50,065 nt of DNA from a virus, in IMG/VR virus record IMGVR_UViG_3300045988_086121, positions 1 through 50,065 of that record; one strand, given 5' to 3'. Below, piece by piece: positions 16,229 through 24,208 of this stretch. A model generated the notes under the pieces. The model did not search any database, had not been told where the DNA came from, and saw only the letters and a list, made by a program, of their open reading frames with translations. The position numbers were made by a program, and so were the translations under genes. How positions within the stretch are numbered: position 1 is the stretch's first letter; every line of letters starts with the position of its first letter.

Positions 16229-16809
16229 ATAAGGAACACCAACAAATGTTCTATTTCGGAACACATGGCGATTGTAAATATTCCCCCTTACTTGTAAGAA
16301 CAGAGGATACGTTGCCTTATCCTGACTACGGAGACACATGGGATAATCTAAAAAATCACATGCACGATTGGATAATGACCAATGGAATTATTGCACAAGG
16401 ACGCCTTTTTGACAGAGAGTGGACTGTGTATGGCAGACTTTGGTCTGTAGACGATAAAAGAAGATATGGGGCTTTCACATCCCTATTTTGGGAAGGTGAG
16501 CACACCATCGAAGAATTTGACGCGTTTATTAAGCAAAGTCCTTTTTTGCGATGTCAATTCTGCGTTCATCTTGAACCCAAAATGGTAAGTAAAGGTGATA
16601 TTGTGCGTAATTGCGATGGAACGCTCATAAAAATACATCACATTGACGATGCTGGCAAGATGCATTACATTGCTCATGCACACAAGGACTATGGTGGTGA
16701 AATCCAGCGTGCCCCATACGCAGACTATTACGATTATATACAAAATTGCTTCCATGCCACCGAAAAGCAAAAGCGTTGGCTAATGGACTGGATTGAAGCA
16801 AATGAATGA
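16225..16809 (+). CDS. Hypothetical protein
   Basis: 194-aa ORF with ATGA coupling. Confidence 0.55.
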   Translation: MNKEHQQMFYFGTHGDCKYSPLLVRTEDTLPYPDYGDTWDNLKNHMHDWIMTNGIIAQGRLFDREWTVYGRLWSVDDKRRYGAFTSLFWEGEHTIEEFDAFIKQSPFLRCQFCVHLEPKMVSKGDIVRNCDGTLIKIHHIDDAGKMHYIAHAHKDYGGEIQRAPYADYYDYIQNCFHATEKQKRWLMDWIEANE

Positions 16810-16836
16810 ATGGTCTTACAATAAAAACAAGAAACA

Positions 16837-17286
16837 ATGAATATTGCAGAAAAATTAAAGAAATGCCCGAAAGGGACGAAGCTTTATAGTCCTGTTTATG
16901 GCGAAGTGAAACTGGAAGACGTTAGAAATGAGCAAAATTTTTCTATTTATTGTATAACAGAAAATGGAGGTCTCGACGCCTTTACAAGCGATGGTAGGAT
17001 TTACAGCGAGTATCCCCATGCTGAATGTGTACTTTTCCCATCAAAGACACAACGCGATTGGAATAAGTTTGGAACGAATGACAAATCTACTGACCAAAAG
17101 CCGAAAATCGAGCTAAAACCATTCGACAAAGTGCTTGTAAGAGATAGTAACTATGGTAAATGGGAGTGCGACATTTTTAATCACATAGATAATGGCATTT
17201 ATAATTGCTTTAGGTCATATTGGTATCAGTGTATCAAATACGAAGGTAACGAACATCTTTTAGGAACAATAAACAAACCCGAATAA
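16837..17286 (+). CDS. Hypothetical protein, paralog of 13312..13728
   Basis: MNIAEKLKKCPKGTKLYS...LKPFDKVLVRDSNYGKWECDIF...CIKYEGNEHLLGTINKP. Confidence 0.6.
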   Translation: MNIAEKLKKCPKGTKLYSPVYGEVKLEDVRNEQNFSIYCITENGGLDAFTSDGRIYSEYPHAECVLFPSKTQRDWNKFGTNDKSTDQKPKIELKPFDKVLVRDSNYGKWECDIFNHIDNGIYNCFRSYWYQCIKYEGNEHLLGTINKPE

Positions 17287-17288
17287 CA

Positions 17289-17762
17289 ATGGAAAATAAA
17301 GAATTTGACTTTCACGAAATTAAAACTTTTGAGGACGCTTGCAAGCGGTTGGGGCTTCCTGCAGAAGCTCTCACTGTAGAATCATTTGGCGTTGCCTCGG
17401 CATTCTTGCAAGCAAACGCACTCTACAAGTTGCTCATCATCCAAAAGACTATCAACAATGGAAAGTGGCGTGATGAAGGTGGCTGGAGCTATTATCCTTA
17501 CTGGGTGCTCTACTCCAAGGAAGAAATGGAGCGCATGACTGAGGGGGAGAAGCAGAGAAAGGGTATTAGGCAGCTCCTCTCCTGTGCTTTTTCGAATTAT
17601 ACGGAGGGTGTCCGCTGTGCGGATGCGAATATTCGTGGTGCGGTTGCGAGTACGTATTGTGGTTTCCCCTTGTGCTTTAACAGCGAGGAAGCAGCACGAT
17701 ATGCAGCCAAACAATTTGAGAGCATATTCTTCCAGTACTACGGAATTAAAGTTAAAAAATAA
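17289..17762 (+). CDS. Hypothetical protein
   Basis: 157-aa ORF. Confidence 0.55.
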   Translation: MENKEFDFHEIKTFEDACKRLGLPAEALTVESFGVASAFLQANALYKLLIIQKTINNGKWRDEGGWSYYPYWVLYSKEEMERMTEGEKQRKGIRQLLSCAFSNYTEGVRCADANIRGAVASTYCGFPLCFNSEEAARYAAKQFESIFFQYYGIKVKK

Positions 17763-17767
17763 CTGCT

Positions 17768-17935
17768 ATGAGCAAACTAATCCCATGCCACGGCAATAAT
17801 TGCAACAAGCGTGAAGCGTGTCTTCGGTACGCTCTCTCGCACACTGCAAGGTTCGGAGAAACATTCATAAACGAGCGCAAATGCCTTGTTAATGGTAAGG
17901 AGTGCCCGAAGTTTATAACCAATAAAACAATCTGA
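17768..17935 (+). CDS. Small Cys-rich protein (55 aa)
   Basis: Manual translation gives MSKLIPCHGNNCNKREACLRYALSHTARFGETFINERKCLVNGKECPKFITNKTI. Below the ORF-track cutoff. Confidence 0.4.
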   Translation: MSKLIPCHGNNCNKREACLRYALSHTARFGETFINERKCLVNGKECPKFITNKTI

Positions 17936-17936
17936 C

Positions 17937-18269
17937 ATGAATCTAAGACAAGCACGGAAAATTCTCGATAGAATTGACTACATAGAGTTTTATGACCTAC
18001 CACGTCCAAAAAGTTTTCGTAGCATGCTACATCGAAAGATAAAGGCGGAAGCTGTTCACAATCATTATCGTTGTGGTAGTTTTGGAAGAAAATCAAACTT
18101 AACGTATTACCGCTATAATCATAAAATAAAAACGATGATGCAAGCTAATAGACATTATAAAACAGAATATCAACTGAGAATTGTAATGTCAAATATTATA
18201 GATGATTTTTATCTATCCGAATTTACATACTCAATCACAGCCATTACTGCTTCATCAACCTTCTTTTGA
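17937..18269 (+). CDS. Hypothetical protein (weak; 3' end overlaps the convergent integrase)
   Basis: 110-aa ORF, the last of the plus-strand operon. Confidence 0.3.
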   Translation: MNLRQARKILDRIDYIEFYDLPRPKSFRSMLHRKIKAEAVHNHYRCGSFGRKSNLTYYRYNHKIKTMMQANRHYKTEYQLRIVMSNIIDDFYLSEFTYSITAITASSTFF

Positions 18270-19447
18270 TTGCGCCTTATATATATATCAGTCATAGGGT
18301 AAGGCGATTTATGCCCAAGTGCCATATCTATAACTGCATCGGGAATGTCTATATCCGCTGCAATAGTTGCCCATGTATGACGTGCCCAATAGCTCGTTAT
18401 TTCTGGAAAGTCGGGAATGTAATGCTTTGACTTATGTATTGCCCCGTTCTTCGCCTGCTTGTATTCGTAGAACATTATGCCGACCTTCTGCAAATTTTCA
18501 TTCATGCGATGCAAGAAGTCTTTATGATTTTTGTATTCTTCGCCAAAACGCAACATACGTTCTTTGCCTTCGTATTTCTTTATTAACTGCAATGCTTCTT
18601 GTGGTACATTTAGCTGACATAGTATGCCCGTTTTGCTGCGTCTATATTCTATGCGCCCACCTTCAAGTTTGGGTAACTGCAAAAGGTCTATCATGTTAAT
18701 ACCAGCAAGGTAGAACGATATGAAGAACACGTCTATATATTTACGTATGTGCGCTTCGCCTGAATAATCCCGAAGCCTACGCAACTCGTCAACATTCAAA
18801 GAGCGTTTTGCTGTCTGCTCTGTCTTTATCCTGAACTGGCGAAAAGGGTAGTTTTCTTGACTAATTAAACCTTCGCGAATAGCTTCATTGTAGACTGCTC
18901 TTAGATTACGCAAGTATATGGAACGTGTATTAACTGCATTACCACGCTGCTCCATCCACGCTTCCCAATCTCGTAGCCATGTGTAGGTAATATCAGCGAA
19001 ACGCAGATTATCCACATCACAATATTTTCCGAGCATGGATAACGTAGTTTTATAAACCTCGGCTGTTTTAGGCTTATCCTTTCTATCAATAAATTTTGAC
19101 CAATAAGCAGCTACAAGTGTTTTATCCTGAACCTTCTTTTTCTTTTCTGAGGAATTTGGAGCAATTAAAGCAACAATCTCCTTGCCCGTCATCATCTTAA
19201 TGTCGTGCGTTGCACCGATTGAAGCTAACTTCAGTTTAAGAGATGAAAGGGTAAGGTCAAGCAACTTGTTTAGCTGCTTGTCTTGTGTTGTCCCAACGAT
19301 TCTTCCCTCATGCCAATTCTTTTCCTTGATGAGGATATTTGTTGGAATGTAACCTACTGTGTTCTTTGACCGAACACAAATGCGGATTTTATACATTCCC
19401 GTCTTCGATTTCTTTCTGTTATCTAAGTACGCTTTTATTGTTGCCAT
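18209..19447 (-). CDS. int: Tyrosine site-specific integrase
   Basis: 412 aa. SAM-like N-terminal region and catalytic region with ...SYWARHTWATIAADIDIPDAVIDMALGHKSPYPMTDIYI (R..H..Y). Adjacent to attP. Confidence 0.9.
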   Translation of the reverse strand: MATIKAYLDNRKKSKTGMYKIRICVRSKNTVGYIPTNILIKEKNWHEGRIVGTTQDKQLNKLLDLTLSSLKLKLASIGATHDIKMMTGKEIVALIAPNSSEKKKKVQDKTLVAAYWSKFIDRKDKPKTAEVYKTTLSMLGKYCDVDNLRFADITYTWLRDWEAWMEQRGNAVNTRSIYLRNLRAVYNEAIREGLISQENYPFRQFRIKTEQTAKRSLNVDELRRLRDYSGEAHIRKYIDVFFISFYLAGINMIDLLQLPKLEGGRIEYRRSKTGILCQLNVPQEALQLIKKYEGKERMLRFGEEYKNHKDFLHRMNENLQKVGIMFYEYKQAKNGAIHKSKHYIPDFPEITSYWARHTWATIAADIDIPDAVIDMALGHKSPYPMTDIYIRRNQKKVDEAVMAVIEYVNSDR

Positions 19448-19449
19448 AA

Positions 19450-19740
19450 TCTCATAAATTTCTCACGGATTTCTCACGGATTTTGTGGCAAAAATAGTCA
19501 TTTATTGGCAAAATGTGGCAATGTTTGGCAGTGATTTTTTCATTTTAAGCAAAAGAAAAACCACCGATTTACTTGCTAAATGCTTGTAAATCAGTGGTTT
19601 TTAATGTTTGTCGTGGCAACGGGATTCGAACCCACGACCCTCTGCCCGTTAGGTAGTAGAATAATATTCACAACTCATTGAAAATCAACATGTTTAGAAC
19701 CAGTACTTTTAAGTATCACGGATTTCTCACGGATAAGCCA
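19450..19740. other. attP region: tRNA 3'-end core plus arm-type repeats
   Basis: The minus strand of 19611..~19650 reads GGGTCGTGGGTTCGAATCCCGTTGCCACGA (T-arm plus acceptor 3' strand; no 5' half). The 19-mer TCACGGATTTCTCACGGAT occurs at 19463..19481 and 19715..19733, flanking the core. Four TGGCA(A) motifs lie at 19486..19530 and match the core end GTGGCAA. Confidence 0.75.
19556..19602 (-). terminator. Intrinsic terminator following the tRNA 3' fragment (supplied by the phage after integration)
   Basis: Minus strand reads AAAAACCACTGATTTAC-N13-GTAAATCGGTGGTTTTTCTTTT, a 17-bp stem with one mismatch followed by a U-run. Confidence 0.65.
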
Positions 19741-19784
19741 TTTTTTAACACTTGCGAAGCTGCATTTATTGCAAAGATACGCAA

Positions 19785-20144
19785 TTATTTAAAACTCTGC
19801 ATATAGAGCCAAATTTTATTGCAGGGTGCATCTTCGTCCTCAAAGAAGAATGCGTAAGCCGTTTCAATAATTAGTTCGGTCGTAAGCGTTTTATTCAGGT
19901 CTGCGTAAGCAGCATTGAACGCTACATACTTATCGTAATCCGTTACACATTGCTTAAACTGCAAATCTTTGGTAGCTTCAAGTACTTGTGCCAACGACCA
20001 ATGCGCCCCATAGTGCTCTACGCCATCTTTAGTGGTGTAGTATATGCTCTTGACCGCTTCTTCTGCACTCTCCTTGTCAAAGTGTCTGCATTTGCCTTTG
20101 CCTTCTCCCTTGCGAAATACCATATACAACCTTTCCATAATCAT
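19785..20144 (-). CDS. Hypothetical protein (attP-proximal accessory gene)
   Basis: 119-aa ORF with ATGA-type abutment with the upstream gene. Confidence 0.55.
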   Translation of the reverse strand: MIMERLYMVFRKGEGKGKCRHFDKESAEEAVKSIYYTTKDGVEHYGAHWSLAQVLEATKDLQFKQCVTDYDKYVAFNAAYADLNKTLTTELIIETAYAFFFEDEDAPCNKIWLYMQSFK

Positions 20145-20623
20145 TATTTTTTAAACTCGTTTATAAAATCACGAAGAACTGCACCAAGGCTCTTAACCTC
20201 ATTCTCAATTCCTTCAATACGTTTGTCTTGGGCACGCTTTTCAGCAAAAACTGGATTTAGTTCTTCAAGCAATTGACTACAATTTGTAACCACTTGCTTA
20301 TGCCGTTCAACTTGCGAGAGTGCATCTTCACTTGCTGTCTTTATGGCTTCAACCTCTCTCAATATTCCGTCTTTATCAGTTGACAAGACGAGTAGACCAG
20401 CATACGTTATTGTTGCAGTTTCTGGAATTGTGTAGGTTTTGGTTGCGCCATTGGCTTCAATAGTTATATCTACAACAAGTCCAGTTGGCTGTGCTCCGAA
20501 TGCTTTTGGCTGATTATCGAAACGAGGAACTGCAACACTTACTACCTTACCTTGATAATACTTCACATTCTCTTTGTCAAGGAAATAAATTGGATAACCT
20601 TGTTTTATATCTTTGAATAGCAT
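20144..20623 (-). CDS. Hypothetical protein with coiled-coil C-terminus
   Basis: 159-aa ORF. Confidence 0.55.
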   Translation of the reverse strand: MLFKDIKQGYPIYFLDKENVKYYQGKVVSVAVPRFDNQPKAFGAQPTGLVVDITIEANGATKTYTIPETATITYAGLLVLSTDKDGILREVEAIKTASEDALSQVERHKQVVTNCSQLLEELNPVFAEKRAQDKRIEGIENEVKSLGAVLRDFINEFKK

Positions 20624-20766
20624 AGTTTAAATTATTAAGGAGTGCTACCCAGAAGAATAGCACTCCATGATTACTTACTCCTACGTGACTTTTTCGACCT
20701 TTTTGTTGACGACAACAAATTGTTCTGAAATTCCTCTGGCTTCGCCACATAGGTTTTACCACTTCT

Positions 20767-21600
20767 TCAAGTTGTTGCAGTTGTGGTCTTACCAAGTGCT
20801 GCAATCAAGGCTGCTGTCTGGCTTTGTTGTGACAATTCCAAACGTGCATCTTGATACTTGCGGTCTATGTCAGCATACCAATGGTTGTTCAAGGCATCAA
20901 TTATACGCTGTGTGTTGTCCTGACCTGCGCGTATAACATCGCACTTGTCTTGCGACATCTGATAGCCGACTGAACTAAATCCGCGCTCAACCGATGAGTT
21001 GACGAAATTCAGGTTTTGCTGCAAAGCGTTGGTCTGACCTTGAATAGCTATTTGATTCTCATAGCCCATCTTCAAGATACTCTGCTGAGTATTGCAGCAG
21101 CAATTCTGAATAGCTTGAACAATGCTTGCATCTCCTCTTTCAGCTGCATTGATTACACGCTCTGCGGAGAAGCCAACTTGACCTGCAACTTGGTCAATTG
21201 CCGAACGTACTGCGCAAACACCTTGTTGCAACTGGTTAAAGTCACAATTAAGGTTTGCTCCAAGTGTGGTTAACGCTTCGTTGTTACCCTTGATAGCTTG
21301 CATCAAGAGGTCGGAATTGTGATTGTCCGAGAGCTGCGTTCTAAGGCTCTGAATCTGTCCTTGAATTTCTGCGTTCTGTACCGCATTTCCTCGGTTGCCC
21401 CATCCGCCAAAACCGCCATTACCGAACAAGGCAAGGAACATGATGTAAGCAAATGGATTATTCATCCACTGATTACCCATACCTCCGTTCATCATTGCAG
21501 CCATCGCCATTGGGTCGTTGTTCTTGTTTGCCATTGCTGCATAAGCAAGGGCATCGCTGTTACCTCTGTCGCAACAGATTACTTTTTCAACTTCACTCAT
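20767..21600 (-). CDS. Hypothetical Q/N/G-rich membrane-associated protein
   Basis: 277 aa. Hydrophobic/Gly-rich segment NNPFAYIMFLALFGNGGFGGWGNRGN, then Q/N-rich helical repeats. Cys clusters (VICCD, NCCCN). Confidence 0.55.
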   Translation of the reverse strand: MSEVEKVICCDRGNSDALAYAAMANKNNDPMAMAAMMNGGMGNQWMNNPFAYIMFLALFGNGGFGGWGNRGNAVQNAEIQGQIQSLRTQLSDNHNSDLLMQAIKGNNEALTTLGANLNCDFNQLQQGVCAVRSAIDQVAGQVGFSAERVINAAERGDASIVQAIQNCCCNTQQSILKMGYENQIAIQGQTNALQQNLNFVNSSVERGFSSVGYQMSQDKCDVIRAGQDNTQRIIDALNNHWYADIDRKYQDARLELSQQSQTAALIAALGKTTTATT

Positions 21601-21678
21601 GATAATATCATTTTTTTGTTGTCGAGAAATATCTCCCGATGGCGCAAAGATGATGAATATTTGTTTGTAAAATACTTG

Positions 21679-21999
21679 TTACTTTTGTAGGTTACATGTT
21701 AATTCCTTAACCTGCTTCCAGACTTCATCCTTTAAAATTCTTGCTGCAAGACCGCTTAACCTATATTTTGCGCTATTCTTTAATGAGTTGATACGTTGTT
21801 GGCTCATACCGCTTAATCTTACAATATCGTTTTCTGTTAAGCCCAATTTAATCAATGTTTCAACTATTACGACACGTGTTATAACACAATTCTCAGCACG
21901 GCTGTTTGCAAGTTGTTCAAGGGTCAATTCACTTTCGTGCATTGCACTCTCTAATACCTTGTTGTATATTTCTTTTAGTCTTTTCATTGTGGTAATCAT
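21679..21999 (-). CDS. Small HTH-like regulator
   Basis: LTENDIVRLSGMSQQRINSLKNSAKYR resembles a sigma-region-4/HTH motif. Confidence 0.45.
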   Translation of the reverse strand: MITTMKRLKEIYNKVLESAMHESELTLEQLANSRAENCVITRVVIVETLIKLGLTENDIVRLSGMSQQRINSLKNSAKYRLSGLAARILKDEVWKQVKELTCNLQK

Positions 22000-22077
22000 T
22001 ATTGTTCATAAACACAAAACAAGAGGGGAGCACCTCGCTTGATGTTTCCTCTTGTAATAACAAAACAACAATAATAA

Positions 22078-22569
22078 TTACTTTCTTTTATTATATATAT
22101 GGCGGTATATAATCATCACGATTGATACCAGAACTGCGAATAACACGTAGCTAAATAAGGATTGTAACCTGCTGGACGAGTGCTTCTCGATTTTTGTTTC
22201 TACATCCTTTGATTTAACTTTGTGCTCCTTTTCGACTTTGTTATTTACTCTATTGGATATATGGTGTGCATCCGACAGAGCATTCTTGTTATGGTATACG
22301 TTCTTGTCGTGTATTACGTAAGTACCAATCACCTTGCCTAACGTATCTACAATCACGTACTTTTCAGTTCGTTCTACAATAGAATCGACTGTTTCCATTT
22401 TAGAAATAGTCTTTATTGTATCACGAACAATCACGCTGTCAGTCTTGACTATTACCACACTATCTGTGCTGCGCTCTACGCTCTGTATGGTCTTTCTCGC
22501 ACAACTCTGCAAAAAGCCTGAGCAGATAATGAGTAGTAAACTGCAATATGTTAGCTTAAACCTTTTCAT
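22078..22569 (-). CDS. Candidate unimolecular spanin (N-terminal lipoprotein signal plus C-terminal TM)
   Basis: MKRFKLTYCSLLLIICSGFLQSCARK (lipobox-like LQSC) and C-terminal LFSYVLFAVLVSIVMIIY. Overlaps the amidase 3' end by 14 nt. Confidence 0.5.
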   Translation of the reverse strand: MKRFKLTYCSLLLIICSGFLQSCARKTIQSVERSTDSVVIVKTDSVIVRDTIKTISKMETVDSIVERTEKYVIVDTLGKVIGTYVIHDKNVYHNKNALSDAHHISNRVNNKVEKEHKVKSKDVETKIEKHSSSRLQSLFSYVLFAVLVSIVMIIYRHIYNKRK

Positions 22570-22984
22570 ACTCTTTCTTTGCGTTAAAACAAGGGCAAGC
22601 TTTACCCTTGTTGAAATCATGATGACCTACTACACGAGCCTTCGGGTACTTTTTCTTCAATCGCTTCACAAGTGCCAATAGTGCAGCCTTCTGCTTTATA
22701 GTGCGCGTGTCCTTAGGTGTCTTGCCATCCTTAGCAAGTCCGCCAATATAGCACACCCCAAGGCTTATGCTATTCACGCCAGCGCAGTGTGCACCAACTT
22801 TGTCCTCTGGTCTACCCTGCTCTACCTTACCATCTAAATCAACTACGTAATGATAGCCGATTCCGTCCCAACCTTGGGCGCGATGCCATCTGTCGATGTC
22901 TACCGCCCTGAAAGTCTTACCCTCAGCCGTAGCCGAGCAATGCACAATGATGTACTTTACCTTTTCTGCCAATAACTTTGCCAT
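22556..22984 (-). CDS. N-acetylmuramoyl-L-alanine amidase endolysin (Amidase_2/PGRP type)
   Basis: IIVHCSAT...WHRAQGWDGIGYHYVV..GAHCAGVNSISLGVCYIGG...VGHHDFNKGKACPCF. Confidence 0.85.
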   Translation of the reverse strand: MAKLLAEKVKYIIVHCSATAEGKTFRAVDIDRWHRAQGWDGIGYHYVVDLDGKVEQGRPEDKVGAHCAGVNSISLGVCYIGGLAKDGKTPKDTRTIKQKAALLALVKRLKKKYPKARVVGHHDFNKGKACPCFNAKKEYEKV

Positions 22985-23091
22985 AATCGTTTTTTTTAAG
23001 TTTTAATTTATACTTCTTAGTTGATATTCCAATCTTTTGAATCAAAGAACAAAATATCTTTCAAAATCCTACAAGGATAAAAAGATATTTG

Positions 23092-23167
23092 TACCTTTGC
23101 AATGCTTACGCAGAATTACAAATTCCCCTTTCATTATGGCGCATCATTTATTTGGTGCGTCATTTTT
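23092..23167 (+). ncRNA. Candidate short plus-strand sRNA: TACCTTTG promoter box plus intrinsic terminator, antisense to the holin 3' end
   Basis: TACCTTTGCAATG at 23092. Hairpin ATGGCGCATCA-N6-TGGTGCGTCAT (23136..23163; the two G-U pairs work only in the plus-sense RNA) followed by TTTTT. No plausible plus-strand CDS. Confidence 0.35.
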
Positions 23168-23662
23168 GTTGTCTAAAGCTTCTTCAATAACTTCCCCCAC
23201 TTCGGCATCCTTTCGCTTCAAATAAGCCACGAATAACCGCTTTAAGGATAGTTTTTTTCGTATTCCGTGAATGTCGCACACATGACCATAGATTGAATCA
23301 AACTCTATCAGTAATGCAGCAGCCGCACCGATTGCGCCTCCAGTGGTGTCAGAGCCTATTCCGAATGGCTCTAACGTAGCCTTGGAGAGGAGTAGCCCGA
23401 ATATGATAAAGTTTACGTATTCAAGGAACTTGCAAATCGTTCGCCTCAAAGCTCGCGACAAACGAAAATCTTCCTTGCGTACCTTAACACTCGCTGTTAA
23501 TCCGCTCCAAAAGTCAGTAAAGACCATCACGATAATAAACAACACCGCCCATCTTAAATCAAATAAGACTTGCAGTAACTCGGTGTAGAATGTTCCGCCT
23601 ATTACCGCTCCACTTGCCGTGAGTACTGGATTTGCTCCACTTGTTGATACGGATTTAATCAT
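23144..23662 (-). CDS. Holin-like membrane protein
   Basis: 172 aa with multiple TM segments (LRWAVLFIIVMVFTDFWSGL, FLEYVNFIIFGLLLS) and a charged C-terminus. Sits in the lysis cassette. Confidence 0.6.
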   Translation of the reverse strand: MIKSVSTSGANPVLTASGAVIGGTFYTELLQVLFDLRWAVLFIIVMVFTDFWSGLTASVKVRKEDFRLSRALRRTICKFLEYVNFIIFGLLLSKATLEPFGIGSDTTGGAIGAAAALLIEFDSIYGHVCDIHGIRKKLSLKRLFVAYLKRKDAEVGEVIEEALDNKNDAPNK

Positions 23663-24105
23663 AGACCAATCTCAGTTAAGGCTGACTTCACGCGCTCTAT
23701 AAAATCATCGTGTTCTTTGACCTCATCAGCCGTTTCGTTCATGCGATTCTTGCGCGAAAGGCTCGCTGCAAATGCAGCAACATCCATTGCAGAACGTAGG
23801 TTGTAGGCTTCCATCTCTGCAGCATTGATAGCCTTATCGCGTGAGAGTGGCTTGTCTACGCAAAAACAAAATGCTTTAGTGACCTTCCGCTCCCTTAAAG
23901 TTGTAGGGGGTACTCCATTTGGGGTCTCCTCCATGCCCTCAATGGGGGCAGATTCAGCCACAACGCTATCCTCATGGAACAACATTACTTGCACCTCATT
24001 GGTGCGATTCTCTAAAACACAGCGACCATTCTTCCAAACGTGCTGCTCTCTCTCCGTGTCATTCTCAATAACACTCGGAACTTCAATATAATTCAAATTC
24101 AACAT
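23659..24105 (-). CDS. Hypothetical protein
   Basis: 148-aa ORF with ATGA coupling to the holin. Confidence 0.55.
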   Translation of the reverse strand: MLNLNYIEVPSVIENDTEREQHVWKNGRCVLENRTNEVQVMLFHEDSVVAESAPIEGMEETPNGVPPTTLRERKVTKAFCFCVDKPLSRDKAINAAEMEAYNLRSAMDVAAFAASLSRKNRMNETADEVKEHDDFIERVKSALTEIGL

Positions 24106-24143
24106 AACTTACTCATTTAATGTGTTTAATCTGATTTGTAGTT

Positions 24144-24190
24144 ACCATTAGCCTTATACATTTGTTGTATAGGCTAATGGTTTATTTTTT
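24144..24190 (+). terminator. Hairpin plus T-run (plus-sense polarity) between fiber gene and downstream gene
   Basis: accattagccttataca-tttgt-tgtataggctaatggt followed by ttatttttt. Confidence 0.5.
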
Positions 24191-24208
24191 GGGCAGTTCG
24201 GCTTCGCC

